The notes: generated by a model from the letters alone, not told the origin. DNA of 64,000 nt from an uncultured Dehalococcoidales bacterium (GCA_964448395.1 CAYUWM010000002.1:4010-68009); one strand, 5' to 3'. Numbered from the stretch's first letter, positions 38,267-48,737 are shown. Translations and numbers: made by a program.

Positions 38267-38522
38267 GGGCTCCGGCCTCCTGACCGGGGTGATCATCGGA
38301 GCGGTGGTCGGCGCCGCGGTCACCTTCTGGCTGGTGGAACGCTCCAACCGCCCGGGACGTCGCGGAATCGGGGGGCGCGGTGGCATCATCGGGTTCCTCA
38401 AAGACGAGGTGTTCGGCGGGGTGCGGGACTACATCCAGCAGGCCATCGACCAGGGAAGGGAGACCGCCGAGAGCACCCGTTCCGATATCGAGGAGAGGTT
38501 CAGGGAGGAACAGGAAGAGTAA
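38256..38522 (+). CDS. YtxH-like small membrane/stress protein
   Basis: Contains GLLTGVIIGAVVGAAV and a charged C-terminal tail. Overlaps the preceding small ORF. Confidence 0.45.
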   Translation: MADKGSGLLTGVIIGAVVGAAVTFWLVERSNRPGRRGIGGRGGIIGFLKDEVFGGVRDYIQQAIDQGRETAESTRSDIEERFREEQEE

Positions 38523-38573
38523 TAAAGAATCGTTCCGGTGAAAAAAGACGCAGGGGGGCGAAGGCCTCCCTGT

Positions 38574-39398
38574 TTATTTATACCTGGGGTAAGAGCCGAA
38601 TATCTTGAACAGCGAAGCCTTTTGTCGCACGCCTTCAAGTGCTTCGCTCACCGGCGCATCCTCTCGGTGCCCTTCAAAGTCAATGAGAAAGAAATACCTC
38701 CCCAGGCTCTCCTTGGAGGGACGGGACTCCACCTTGGCCAGATTGATGTTACGCTGGGAGAACTCCTGCAGCACCTCCACCAGCGCGCCCGGACGGTCGT
38801 CGTCGAATGAGAAACAGACGGAGGTCTTATCGGCACCGGTGGGGGGATGGTCTTCAGCGGCAAGTACCACGAAGCGGGTGACGTTGGAGGAACGATCCTG
38901 AATCTCCTTGGCCAGTACATCCGCGCCATAGAGCTCCGCGGCGCGCCCGGTGCCGATGGCCGCCGCCGGGGTGGAGGCCTCCATCATGTCCTGCACCGCG
39001 GCAGCATTCGACAGTGCGGCTACCACCTCCGCCTTTGGCAGTATTCGCTCCACGAATCGGCGGCACTGCCCCAACGACTGGGGATGGGAGTAGAGAATCT
39101 TAACATCGCTGATCTCGGTCCCCGGTTTGACCAGCAGGTGATGCTTAACCGGCAGGACCAGCTCCTTGCATATGAGCAAAGTTGAATCGTGAATCAGCAG
39201 GTCGAGGGTGTCGGTAACTGAACCTTCCAGGCTGTTCTCGATGGGGACCACCCCCTCCTCCGCCATGCCCGACGATACAGCCGACGCCACACCAGGTATG
39301 GTGGGTACTGAAATAAGCTGAGCCCCTTTGTCGTACAGGAGTGCCGCTTCCTCGGTGAAGGTGCCTGGAGGCCCCAGGTAAGCGATTTTCTTGCCCAT
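38574..39398 (-). CDS. pheA: Prephenate dehydratase with a C-terminal ACT domain
   Basis: N-terminus is IAYLGPPGTFTEEAA. ESRP motif in the ACT region. Confidence 0.85.
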   Translation of the reverse strand: MGKKIAYLGPPGTFTEEAALLYDKGAQLISVPTIPGVASAVSSGMAEEGVVPIENSLEGSVTDTLDLLIHDSTLLICKELVLPVKHHLLVKPGTEISDVKILYSHPQSLGQCRRFVERILPKAEVVAALSNAAAVQDMMEASTPAAAIGTGRAAELYGADVLAKEIQDRSSNVTRFVVLAAEDHPPTGADKTSVCFSFDDDRPGALVEVLQEFSQRNINLAKVESRPSKESLGRYFFLIDFEGHREDAPVSEALEGVRQKASLFKIFGSYPRYK

Positions 39399-39400
39399 AC

Positions 39401-40057
39401 CTACCCTGTAAACGCGACTCTCAGCGCCTGTTCCACCTCCGGCTGGGTCATCGCTATTATCTGAGCCGCAGGCTTGATAACGGTCTCGCTGGTAGGCACG
39501 CGAGCTGAACCCTTGCCGATGATCATGACGACCATACTATTGGGAGGAAGGTTGATCTCACTTAGCTTCTTGCCCACCGCCGGTGAACCTTCGGGGACCT
39601 TGACCTCCACCAGCTCCAGGTTGCCCTCCTTCAGGGTCAGCAGGTGGACCAGCGGGTTGATTGGCAGCTCCTCCTCGATGTGCTCCAGTATCAAGTTGGT
39701 GCTACTTATGGTGACATCGATGCCCAGTTTCTTGAACAACACCTCATTCCTGGGGTTACTGATCCGCGCGATGGTGCGGGGCACATTGAACTTGTGCTTC
39801 GCCACCTGGCAGGCAACCAGGTTATCCTCGTCCTCATCGGTCACTGCTATGAGCAGGTCCGCCCGTTCCGTGCCCACATCCTCCAGCGTGCGCGCCTCGC
39901 ACCCATCGCCGCGCATCACCACACTGCCCAGGTCCTCACAGATGGCCCCGCACTTGTCCGGGTCCTTCTCCAAGATCAACAGCTCATGCCCCTCGCTCAG
40001 CAGGGCTACGGAGAGGTAATAGCCCACCTTTCCACCACCTACTACTACTATGTACAT
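39401..40057 (-). CDS. TrkA/KtrA-type K+ transport regulatory protein (TrkA-N plus TrkA-C)
   Basis: N-terminus is MYIVVVGGGKVG. Confidence 0.75.
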   Translation of the reverse strand: MYIVVVGGGKVGYYLSVALLSEGHELLILEKDPDKCGAICEDLGSVVMRGDGCEARTLEDVGTERADLLIAVTDEDEDNLVACQVAKHKFNVPRTIARISNPRNEVLFKKLGIDVTISSTNLILEHIEEELPINPLVHLLTLKEGNLELVEVKVPEGSPAVGKKLSEINLPPNSMVVMIIGKGSARVPTSETVIKPAAQIIAMTQPEVEQALRVAFTG

Positions 40058-40469
40058 CTAATCCTTGCCCTCCCCCGCAATTACATCCACCAGCATCTGC
40101 GCCGATACCTTGGTGGGGCTGATAGTATCGAGGCCTAAATTATGATACATCTCCTCGCGCAGCGGGTCGTAGATGCGGCTAACCACCTTGGGCACATTGA
40201 ACACGTGCTTGGCTATCTGAGCCGCCATCACGTTACGGTTGTCACCCTGAGTCACCGAAACGAAGGCGTCCGCGCTCTCGATCCCGGCCTTCCTCAGTGA
40301 ATCTTCGTCCGTTCCATCCCCCACCAGGGCGTTACCCTGGAAGGATGCAGGCAGCCAGCGGAAGCTGTAAGGATCGGTGTCGAGGACGGTGACCTTATGC
40401 CCCGCTTCCTCCAGCAGTGTCGCCAGCAACCCGCCCACCCTGCCGCACCCCATGATCACTACATTCACG
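40058..40469 (-). CDS. TrkA-N domain protein (NAD-binding)
   Basis: Contains VIMGCGRVGG. GTG start with a GGAGGAG RBS. The longer ORF to 40558 is rejected. Confidence 0.65.
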
Positions 40470-40902
40470 TCTCCTCCTGCTCCATCGGCCCCCGCCACAG
40501 CAACACCCGACACGGGGCATTGCGCAGCACATAAGGCACCACGCTTCCCATATCCCACTCGCCGAAGTGTTTCTTGTAATTTATTCCCATGACTATCATA
40601 TCCACACCCCGCTCCACCGCCTCATCCACTATCGCCGGCCCCACCTCTCGTGCCTGCAGTAGCTCCGTCTCCGCATCACAATCCATCACGTCGGCGATCT
40701 TCTCAGCGCTGGCCAGAATCTTCTCTCCCGCCTTGGTCTCCGTCTCGATCTCCGCATCCAGCGGAAGGGTGCGGCTCACCTGGATCACGTGAACGATATA
40801 AATCTTGCCTTTGCTCCTCCGGGCGATTACGCAAGCAGACTTGACGATATCCTCATCCACCGCCTGCCCGGCTATCGGGACCAAAAACTTAGTGTACTTC
40901 AT
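40465..40902 (-). CDS. Universal stress protein (UspA family)
   Basis: ATP-binding Usp motif (GINYKKHFGEWDMGSV). Confidence 0.75.
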   Translation of the reverse strand: MKYTKFLVPIAGQAVDEDIVKSACVIARRSKGKIYIVHVIQVSRTLPLDAEIETETKAGEKILASAEKIADVMDCDAETELLQAREVGPAIVDEAVERGVDMIVMGINYKKHFGEWDMGSVVPYVLRNAPCRVLLWRGPMEQEET

Positions 40903-40998
40903 ATATTAAATTCTCTACACCCATTATCCAAATGGCATATTATAATCCCTTCCCCCGAATACTGCAATACCGTTTGCAGGCTAATATCGAAATTGATA

Positions 40999-41574
40999 TT
41001 ACCCCGTTTCCTTAATCTCTTTTCGTCTCTTGATCTCTATATCGATCAGTCCGTCGGCGGTCTCCTTGAGAACCTCCAGCTCCTCAACTGACAGCTTGTC
41101 GAGCTGTTCTATGTTATACTCGATAGTCGATATAATCTGCTTTGTAGGGCGTTGCAGCGGCCGCATAAAATAGACGGTCACGCCAGCGACTATTGCGCCA
41201 AAGAAAATGGCGCTTCCCATAACCATCCATAAGGCACATACTACTTTCCCTGCCGTAGTCACAGGCATAACAGCTATGCCGGCTGTCGAAAAACCTGCCA
41301 CCGCACAATACAAAGCATTGCCGTAGGATGTGATCGTTGTCCCGCTGGCGTCACGGTCTGCAAAATAGATACCAGCGGAGAAGATCAACCACATGATGAT
41401 AAGCAGGCCAATCATATGCAAGAAAGGTGTCTGGGTAATGATCCCCCTGAATGACCTAAGGATTTCCGGGGTCTTTGGAACACCGCGCAGCCTCCTCCGT
41501 CGCTCCCTGCTTCTCCTGATCACCTTATCGCCGGGACGCGTCTTAGATACCGTTTCGAACTTTTCCTCTGCCAT
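40999..41574 (-). CDS. Two-TM ion channel family protein (Ion_trans_2-like)
   Basis: Two TM helices flank a pore-loop-like segment (YCAVAGFSTAGIAV). This is not a canonical TVGYG selectivity filter. Confidence 0.5.
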   Translation of the reverse strand: MAEEKFETVSKTRPGDKVIRRSRERRRRLRGVPKTPEILRSFRGIITQTPFLHMIGLLIIMWLIFSAGIYFADRDASGTTITSYGNALYCAVAGFSTAGIAVMPVTTAGKVVCALWMVMGSAIFFGAIVAGVTVYFMRPLQRPTKQIISTIEYNIEQLDKLSVEELEVLKETADGLIDIEIKRRKEIKETG

Positions 41575-41726
41575 CCTCGATACCTCCTTGGCCTTGGTCT
41601 TTTGCTAATCGATTTGCGGAATTCTACTCTTGCCGCCGCCGTTTGTCAATGGTTTAATTCAATTATTTGCTAAATACCATGAGTAAGAGTAGAATATTGG
41701 CGTGAATCCCTGGAGGAGAGGCGAAC

Positions 41727-42608
41727 ATGGATAAAGGGACCTGGACGGTCAAGACCGGCCTTGCCCAGATGCTGAAGGGCGGGGTGATCATGGACGTGGT
41801 TACCCCGGAGCAGGCCAAGATAGCCGAGGATGCCGGCGCCTGCGCGGTGATGGCCCTGGAGCGGGTTCCTGCCGATATTCGCTCCGCCGGAGGGGTCGCC
41901 CGCATGGCAGACCCCGGCGTGATCCTCGCCATCATGGAGGCGGTATCCATCCCGGTGATGGCCAAGTGTCGCATCGGCCACTTCGTGGAAGCACAGACCC
42001 TCGAGGCCCTGGGGGTAGACTTCATCGACGAGTCCGAGGTGCTGACCCCCGCCGACGAGAACCACCACATCTGGAAGCAAGATTTCAAGGTGCCTTTCGT
42101 CTGCGGCTGCCGCAATCTGGGTGAGGCGCTGCGGCGCATCGCCGAGGGGGCGGCCATGATCCGCACCAAGGGTGAGGCCGGCACCGGCAACATAGTGGAG
42201 GCGGTGAGGCACATGCGCACGGTGATGGACGCAATCCGCAAGCTCTCCAACATGGCCAGCGACGAGCTGGCGGCCGAGGCCAGGGACCTGGGCGCCCCCC
42301 TGGAACTGGTGGCCCAGGTACATGCAACGGGGCGGTTGCCGGTGGTCAACTTCGCCGCCGGCGGTATCGCCACCCCGGCCGACGCGGCGCTCATGATGCA
42401 GCTGGGGGCGGAGGGCGTGTTCGTCGGTTCCGGCATCTTCAAGTCCAGCGACCCGGAGGTAAGGGCGAAAGCCATCGTTAAAGCCACCACGCACTATAGC
42501 GACCCGTCTATCATCGCCGAGGTCTCCAAAGGGCTGGGCGAGGCCATGCCCGGCCTAGATATAAAGGAGATAGCGGAGGAGAATCTGCTGGCCAACAGGG
42601 GCTGGTAA
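41727..42608 (+). CDS. pdxS: Pyridoxal 5'-phosphate synthase, synthase subunit
   Basis: N-terminus is [14 protein letters not shown]...AEDAGA. Confidence 0.95.
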   Translation: MDKGTWTVKTGLAQMLKGGVIMDVVTPEQAKIAEDAGACAVMALERVPADIRSAGGVARMADPGVILAIMEAVSIPVMAKCRIGHFVEAQTLEALGVDFIDESEVLTPADENHHIWKQDFKVPFVCGCRNLGEALRRIAEGAAMIRTKGEAGTGNIVEAVRHMRTVMDAIRKLSNMASDELAAEARDLGAPLELVAQVHATGRLPVVNFAAGGIATPADAALMMQLGAEGVFVGSGIFKSSDPEVRAKAIVKATTHYSDPSIIAEVSKGLGEAMPGLDIKEIAEENLLANRGW

Positions 42609-42645
42609 CAGTGAAGGGGTGTTCCAGTTGCCCACAGGTAGTCGG

Positions 42646-43233
42646 ATGAAAATCGGGGTGCTCGCCTGTCAGGGTGCCTTCGCCGAACACATTAGACTCC
42701 TGCGCCAAATCGATGTAGCGGCCTTTCCGATTCGTCTGCCCCACGAATTCGATGGGCTGGACGGCCTCATCATCCCCGGCGGGGAGAGCACCGCCATAAT
42801 CAGACTGATTCGGGAATACGACCTGATATCACCGCTTAGCAGGCTCTTGGACCACGGATTTCCGGTAATGGGCACCTGCGCCGGCATGATACTGCTGGCG
42901 AAGAAGGTATACAACAGCGATGGTATGACCCCGCTCGGAGCTATGGATATAGACGTGAAGCGCAACGCCTTCGGGCGGCAGGTGGACAGCTTCGAGAGCG
43001 ATGTCTCGATACCGGCTGTCGGCGAGCCCCCTTTTCACGGCGTGTTCATCCGGGCACCCATTATCGAGCGGGTAGGGAACGGCGTCGAAACGATAGCGCG
43101 GCTTCCCGATGGCGCCGTGGTGGCGGCGAGACAAAGAAATATACTGGTCACCGCCTTCCATCCCGAGCTGACCGATGACCCCAGACTGCATTCCTACTTC
43201 CTGAAAATAGTCGATAGTGGCATAAAGCGATGA
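42646..43233 (+). CDS. pdxT: Pyridoxal 5'-phosphate synthase, glutaminase subunit
   Basis: N-terminus is MKIGVLACQGAF. Catalytic GTCAG. Confidence 0.9.
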   Translation: MKIGVLACQGAFAEHIRLLRQIDVAAFPIRLPHEFDGLDGLIIPGGESTAIIRLIREYDLISPLSRLLDHGFPVMGTCAGMILLAKKVYNSDGMTPLGAMDIDVKRNAFGRQVDSFESDVSIPAVGEPPFHGVFIRAPIIERVGNGVETIARLPDGAVVAARQRNILVTAFHPELTDDPRLHSYFLKIVDSGIKR

Positions 43234-44153
43234 TTCGATCACTTAATCGGGCTGACCTGCTCTCGTTCCTGATTTTCGCGCGGCATGCTCCGCCCAATCA
43301 GGCGATTACACGGAACAGTTTGGGCAGAAGGAGCCTCTTCTCGCCAGAGGCAATTCTGGAACACTGGTTCCCCTTAAATGGGAGGCGGCATACCTGGGTA
43401 TTGGAGGGTGATGGTCGCATCGATGGGGCTGTATCGTTGAAGGGTGGAACATCGCCGACAGTATGGAAGATAGACTGTCTCCAGGTGAGTGACGAGGAGC
43501 AGTGCGTCTCTTTACTGGAAACGGCCAGCACCGGTGCATCGGAGCGGGGGGTAAGAAAGCTGTTCCTGATTCTCGACAGCAGCGACCCCTTGGTGAATGG
43601 AGCCAGACGCGCCGGCTTTGCCAGCTACAACAAGGATTATCTCTATCGCTACTGTGGCAAACGGGTATACCATGCTGGCGCCGCGCCGGGTCTTTATCAC
43701 CTGCGCACTAGAACCACCGCTGACGATTTTGGACTATTCCAGCTGTATAACGCAGCCGCCCCCACGCCGGTGCGCACCGCCGAGGGCATGACCCTGGAGG
43801 AATGGCGTGAGAGCCGCGAGTACGGCTCCTGGCTGGAGCAGCGCCAGGATTTCATTTTGGAGAAACAGGACCGTCTGGTTGCCTGGCTGCATACAAATGC
43901 CTCCAGGGGGGGCGGCTGTTTCGAGATCATCACCCATAATTTGGAGGTTGAAGGGCTGGAGTGGCTGGTGCGTTATGCCCTGAGATACCTCGATGGCAAA
44001 TCCCCGATACTGTGTATAGTGCCCGCTTTCCAGAGCCAGATGAGCGGCATACTGGAGGACTCGGGCTTTGAGCAGGTGGCAGAATATATCGCCTCGGTGA
44101 AGGAGATCGCCATAAAGGTCAAGCAACCGCAATTCGTACCGATGAGAGCGTGA
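43230..44153 (+). CDS. Hypothetical protein, possibly GNAT-like acetyltransferase fold
   Basis: Only a weak motif-A-like segment (ERGVRKLFLIL). The assignment is tentative. Confidence 0.3.
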   Translation: MIRSLNRADLLSFLIFARHAPPNQAITRNSLGRRSLFSPEAILEHWFPLNGRRHTWVLEGDGRIDGAVSLKGGTSPTVWKIDCLQVSDEEQCVSLLETASTGASERGVRKLFLILDSSDPLVNGARRAGFASYNKDYLYRYCGKRVYHAGAAPGLYHLRTRTTADDFGLFQLYNAAAPTPVRTAEGMTLEEWRESREYGSWLEQRQDFILEKQDRLVAWLHTNASRGGGCFEIITHNLEVEGLEWLVRYALRYLDGKSPILCIVPAFQSQMSGILEDSGFEQVAEYIASVKEIAIKVKQPQFVPMRA

Positions 44154-44161
44154 GTTAAACG

Positions 44162-45667
44162 ATGTTCAAGAGAATAACCGATGACCTGGACGCCCTGCTG
44201 GACCGGCTGCCTCCGCACATCGCAAAACCGATACGTGAGCGGGAGGACCGTAGCGAGCTGCTGGAGGTGGTGATGGACCTGGGTCGCCTCCCCGAGGCCC
44301 GTTACGCCGACCACGAGGTAACCCTCAGCGACAAGGAGGTTACCGCGGAGGATATCGAGTATATGGTGTCCCGTATCGCGGACTTCGGCGACGACAACCG
44401 CGCGGGCATAGCGCGCACCCTTCACCGCATATCGGCGATCAGGAACCGCAAAGGGGATATCGTAGGCCTCACCTGCCGCGTGGGCCGGGCGGTCTATGGC
44501 ACCATCGGTCTCATCACCGATCTGGTGGAATCGGGGAAGAGCATACTGCTGATGGGGGGGCCGGGGGTGGGCAAGACCACCATGCTCCGCGAGGTGGCGA
44601 GGGTGCTCGCCGATGACCTGAAGAAGCGGGTGGTGATAGTGGATACATCCAACGAGATCGCCGGTGACGGCGATATCGCCCACCCCGGCATCGGCCGCGC
44701 CCGCCGCATGCAGGTGACCACCCCCAAGCTCCAGCACGCGGTCATGATAGAGGCGGTGGAGAACCACATGCCCGAGGTGATCGTCATCGACGAGATCGGC
44801 ACCGAGCTCGAAGCGCTGGCGGCGCGCACCATCGCCGAGCGCGGGGTGCAGCTCATCGCCACCTCCCACGGGAACACGCTGGAGAACCTGATAATGAACC
44901 CCACACTGGCCGACCTCATCGGCGGCATCCAGACGGTAACCCTGGGCGACGATGAGGCCAAGCGGCGGGGCACACGGAAGTCCATCCTAGAGCGTAAGGC
45001 GCCCCCCAGCTTCGACATCGTGGTCGAGATCCAGGACTGGTATCACGTAGCGGTACACTCCGACGTCGGTGAGGTGGTAGATGCCATGCTGCGCGGGCGT
45101 CCCGTTGCGCCGGAGCTGCGGTGGATGGACGAGAGTGATGGTGTGCAGAGGAAACAGGCGACAGCGATAAAGAAACCCAAGCTGCAGAAACCAGGCGGCA
45201 CCGCTTTCAGCATATATCCCTTCGGCATAAACCGCAGCAAGCTGGAACAGGCGGTGAGCAACCTGGGGGTCCCGGCGAAGCTGACCAGCAACGTGCAGGA
45301 AGCCAACGTGCTGATGACCTCCAAGAGCTACTACCGCAGGAAGCCCCAGAGCATCCGCGACGCCGAAGCCGCCGGCGTCCCCATCTACGTGATCAAGAGC
45401 AACAAGTCCTCGCAGATGGAGCGTTCGCTGGCCAGCATTTCCGACTCGAGGGAGCCGGAGGACCCGTTCAGCTTCGCCATACAGGAGGCGGAGGAGGCCA
45501 TATCCCAGATATCCGAGGGCAAACCCGCGGTGGAGCTCAGCCCGCAGAACTCCTACCTGCGGATGTTGCAACACCAGCTCGCCCAGCGTTATAATTTGAA
45601 GTCGCAGAGCATCGGCCGCGAGCCGAGGCGGCGCGTCCAGATATTTCACTCCGAGGCCGACGGTTAA
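44162..45667 (+). CDS. Ycf45-like P-loop ATPase with a C-terminal R3H nucleic-acid-binding domain
   Basis: Walker A (GGPGVGKTT) and Walker B (VIVIDEIG). R3H-like C-terminus. Confidence 0.65.
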   Translation: MFKRITDDLDALLDRLPPHIAKPIREREDRSELLEVVMDLGRLPEARYADHEVTLSDKEVTAEDIEYMVSRIADFGDDNRAGIARTLHRISAIRNRKGDIVGLTCRVGRAVYGTIGLITDLVESGKSILLMGGPGVGKTTMLREVARVLADDLKKRVVIVDTSNEIAGDGDIAHPGIGRARRMQVTTPKLQHAVMIEAVENHMPEVIVIDEIGTELEALAARTIAERGVQLIATSHGNTLENLIMNPTLADLIGGIQTVTLGDDEAKRRGTRKSILERKAPPSFDIVVEIQDWYHVAVHSDVGEVVDAMLRGRPVAPELRWMDESDGVQRKQATAIKKPKLQKPGGTAFSIYPFGINRSKLEQAVSNLGVPAKLTSNVQEANVLMTSKSYYRRKPQSIRDAEAAGVPIYVIKSNKSSQMERSLASISDSREPEDPFSFAIQEAEEAISQISEGKPAVELSPQNSYLRMLQHQLAQRYNLKSQSIGREPRRRVQIFHSEADG

Positions 45668-45681
45668 GAAAGAGGTAATCC

Positions 45682-46635
45682 TTGTCCATATTCATCACCT
45701 TTGAAGGCGGGGAGGGGAGTGGCAAGTCCACCCAGGCGGAGGCGCTGGCGCAGCGCCTGCGGTCGGTGGGCGTCCCCGTGCTGCTGACCCACGAGCCGGG
45801 GGGCACCCCCATGGGCGAGCAGATCAAGGAATGGCTCAAGGATAAAAAGAACAAGGCCGAGGTCAATCTCAACCCGCAGACCGAGCTGCTGCTGTTCAAC
45901 GCCGCCCGCGCGCAGCTGGTGTCCAAGGTGATAAAACCGGCACTGGAGAAAGACACAGTGGTCATCTGCGACCGCTTCTACCACTCCACCATTGCCTATC
46001 AGGGGCACGGCCGCGGCCTCGACCTCGACCTCGTCAAATCGGTTATCGAGCTCGCCACCGGCGGGCTCAAGCCCAACCTCACTATCTTGATGGATATCGA
46101 TGTCCAGAAAGGACTGGCGCGCAAGGAGCTGCTGGACCGCTTCGAGCGGGAGGAGCTCGAATTCCACCAGCGGGTGAGGCAGAGCTACCTGGGAATGGCG
46201 CACAAGGACCCGCAGCGCTGGCTGGTGGTCAACGCATCGCTGGATAAGCAAGAAGTGGAGCAGCTCATCTGGGACTGGGTGGAGCAGCTCCTGCCCGCGA
46301 TGCGCCGGATGGGTAAAAAAGAGGGCGAGGTCGGCAAAGAGATCGCGATACCGGACAAGAAGGATGAAACACAGATTACTGTAGCGCAAGAAAAGGGTGT
46401 AGTGCATGGGGCTCGCCCTGCAGCGACGCAGGTCGTCAAGATAGAGGCGTTATCACCGCCAATGGAGGTCGCCTCCATGACAGGGCCGATAGTGGAAGTG
46501 GATGGAGACGAACCTGGCACACCCGCAGCGCAGGGTGAAAGGGTCGAGGAAGAGGCGAAACCTCCCAAGAAGAAGTCCGCAGCAAAACCGAAGAAGGGCA
46601 CCAAGAAGAGGGTTGCCAAAAAGCAGGGGAAGTAG
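45682..46635 (+). CDS. tmk: Thymidylate kinase with a C-terminal extension of about 110 aa that is Lys-rich
   Basis: N-terminus is FITFEGGEGSGKSTQ. The Tmk core is about 205 aa. The tail ends KKKSAAKPKKGTKKRVAKKQGK. Confidence 0.85.
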   Translation: MSIFITFEGGEGSGKSTQAEALAQRLRSVGVPVLLTHEPGGTPMGEQIKEWLKDKKNKAEVNLNPQTELLLFNAARAQLVSKVIKPALEKDTVVICDRFYHSTIAYQGHGRGLDLDLVKSVIELATGGLKPNLTILMDIDVQKGLARKELLDRFEREELEFHQRVRQSYLGMAHKDPQRWLVVNASLDKQEVEQLIWDWVEQLLPAMRRMGKKEGEVGKEIAIPDKKDETQITVAQEKGVVHGARPAATQVVKIEALSPPMEVASMTGPIVEVDGDEPGTPAAQGERVEEEAKPPKKKSAAKPKKGTKKRVAKKQGK

Positions 46636-46677
46636 TAAAATGTAGCACAGTTACAAACCGGTTGAACCTTTAATTCC

Positions 46678-46772
46678 AGTCCGGAGAGGCTGGCAAGGAG
46701 ATACGGAATGAAATTTACAGACCACAATCGAAAATTCCCTTGTCAGCATATCGTTGATAAGGGGATTTTTTA
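46678..46772 (+). promoter_or_regulatory. PyrR-binding leader RNA (attenuator)
   Basis: AGUCCGGAGAGGCUGG at 46678-46693 matches the PyrR binding-loop consensus ARUCCNGNGAGGYU. A roughly 10-bp hairpin at 46736-46764 plus U-run at 46766-46771 follows, ending 2 nt before the pyrR ATG. Confidence 0.6.
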
Positions 46773-47324
46773 ATGCCCGACAGGATAATCCTCAACGAGG
46801 CGGACATCCGCCGTGCCGTCACCCGCATCGCCCACGAGATCGTGGAGCGCAACCGCGGTTGTGAAGGCCTCACCCTCATCGGTATACACACCCGCGGCGT
46901 GCCGCTGGCCAACCGCATCGCCTCCAGCATCAACGAGCTCGAGAAGGCCAACATCCCCGTGGGCAAAATCGACATCACCCTGCACCGCGACGACATAAAC
47001 TCCGAGGAGAAGATGCCCGCGCTGCGCCCCATCGACATACCACCCGACCTCGAAGAGAAGCGCGTGGTGCTGGTGGACGACGTGCTGTATACCGGTCGAA
47101 CCATCCGCGCCGCCATGGACGCCCTCATCGAATTCGGCCGTCCCCAGGCGATCCAGCTGGTGGCGCTCGTCGACCGCGGGCACCGCGAGCTGCCCATCCG
47201 CGCCGACTACGTGGGCAAGAACCTGCCCACCGCCACCCACGAGGAGGTGCTGGTGCATCTGCAGGAGGTCGACGGTATTGATGAGGTGGCGATCGTAAAA
47301 AACGGACAGGGGGGAGAGCCATGA
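46773..47324 (+). CDS. pyrR: Pyrimidine operon regulator / uracil phosphoribosyltransferase
   Basis: PRTase motif (VVLVDDVLYTGRT). Typical 183-aa length. Confidence 0.9.
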   Translation: MPDRIILNEADIRRAVTRIAHEIVERNRGCEGLTLIGIHTRGVPLANRIASSINELEKANIPVGKIDITLHRDDINSEEKMPALRPIDIPPDLEEKRVVLVDDVLYTGRTIRAAMDALIEFGRPQAIQLVALVDRGHRELPIRADYVGKNLPTATHEEVLVHLQEVDGIDEVAIVKNGQGGEP

Positions 47325-48733
47325 TAAGCCTAGCAAACAGGAGCCTGGTGACCATAGACGATTTCTCCAACGCGGAGATCGAGGCCGTGTTCTCGCTGGC
47401 CGACGAGATGTCGGACGCCGTAACCCGGCAGTCGGACCTGTGCCGGGGCAAGATACTGGCCAGTTTGTTCTTCGAGCCCAGCACCAGGACGCGGATGTCC
47501 TTCGAAGCCGCCATGCACCGGCTGGGGGGGGACGTGATATCGGTGATGGAGATGGGCTCCACCTCGCTGTCCAAGGGGGAGAGCATCGCCGATATGGCAC
47601 GGATCGTGGGCAGCTACGCCGACATCATCGTCATCAGGCACCCGTGGGAAGGGGCAGCGAAGGTGGTGGCCGACTATGCCGGCGTCCCGGTGATCAATGC
47701 CGGCGACGGAGGGCACGAGCACCCCACTCAGACACTGTGCGACCTGTACACCCTCAAGAAGGAGAGGAACACCCTGGAAGGGCTCAAAATAGCGCTGTGG
47801 GGCGACCTCAAATACGGGCGGACTACACATTCTCTGGCCTACGCGCTGGCCCGTTTCGGGGCCACCATCCACTTCCGCCCCGGCGCCGGCCTCGGCCTGC
47901 CGCAGCACGTTATCCGGAAGCTTACCAAGGAGTACGGCGGCATACTGGAGAGCTACGGCGAATCCGGGGGGACTAAAAGCGACAAGACCTTCCCCCTCGA
48001 CGCTATCTATGTGACGCCGAGCAACCCCCACCAGCTCACCAATATCCCCGGCATCAACATCCAGATCGAGATGGAGAAGGGCGTCGATGCCCTGTACGTG
48101 ACCCGCCTCCAGCGGGAGAGGCTGGATGCGGATGCCGGAAAGGACCAGGTATACCCGGTGGTGGACAAGAAGCTGCTCAAGAAGGAGCAGTTCAAGGAGA
48201 CCATCGTGATGCACCCGCTGCCCCGCGTGGACGAGCTGGCCTACGAGATAGACGCTGACCCGCGCAGCATGTACTTCAAGCAGGCGGCTCACGGCGTGCC
48301 GATCAGGATGGCGCTGATGGCGCTGCTGCTGGGGGCAAAAGAGGCCGATATACGGGAGACGGTGCACAACTACGCCCGCAAGAAGGGTTACCCGGTTTAC
48401 AAATGTAACAGCGGGGTGAAATGCGAGAATAAGAAGTGCGTCACCGCCCAGCCCACCGAGACCAGGTATATCAAGCCCGAGTTCATCATAGTGGAGACCA
48501 AGCCGCTGACCCTGCGCTGCCTCTACTGCGAGCACGAGGCGGTCCCGCCGTACTTCGCCAGCCTGAAGTGGCACGAGGGGAAACTGGAGAACAAGCAGTA
48601 CTACCCGTCGCACAGCTACATGGCGGAGCGGATAAGGCCGGAGAACCTGATCATCTTCGGCTCGGAGCGTGACGCCGAGTCCCAGGGTTTCTACCCCAGC
48701 CTCCATCCCCACATATCGGAGAAGAAGGTATAG
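47321..48733 (+). CDS. pyrB: Aspartate carbamoyltransferase catalytic chain fused to a PyrI-like zinc domain
   Basis: STRTR and HPLP motifs give an ATCase core of about 330 aa. This is followed by KCENKKCVTAQPTE...RCLYCEHE (PyrI Zn-domain pattern) and a further tail of about 60 aa. Confidence 0.8.
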   Translation: MISLANRSLVTIDDFSNAEIEAVFSLADEMSDAVTRQSDLCRGKILASLFFEPSTRTRMSFEAAMHRLGGDVISVMEMGSTSLSKGESIADMARIVGSYADIIVIRHPWEGAAKVVADYAGVPVINAGDGGHEHPTQTLCDLYTLKKERNTLEGLKIALWGDLKYGRTTHSLAYALARFGATIHFRPGAGLGLPQHVIRKLTKEYGGILESYGESGGTKSDKTFPLDAIYVTPSNPHQLTNIPGINIQIEMEKGVDALYVTRLQRERLDADAGKDQVYPVVDKKLLKKEQFKETIVMHPLPRVDELAYEIDADPRSMYFKQAAHGVPIRMALMALLLGAKEADIRETVHNYARKKGYPVYKCNSGVKCENKKCVTAQPTETRYIKPEFIIVETKPLTLRCLYCEHEAVPPYFASLKWHEGKLENKQYYPSHSYMAERIRPENLIIFGSERDAESQGFYPSLHPHISEKKV

Positions 48734-48737
48734 CGAT

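Noticed and set aside
40470-40558. Upstream extension of the TrkA-N ORF
   Set aside because: The GTG at 40469 with a GGAGGAG RBS gives the canonical VIMGCGRVGG N-terminus. The extension overlaps the usp gene.
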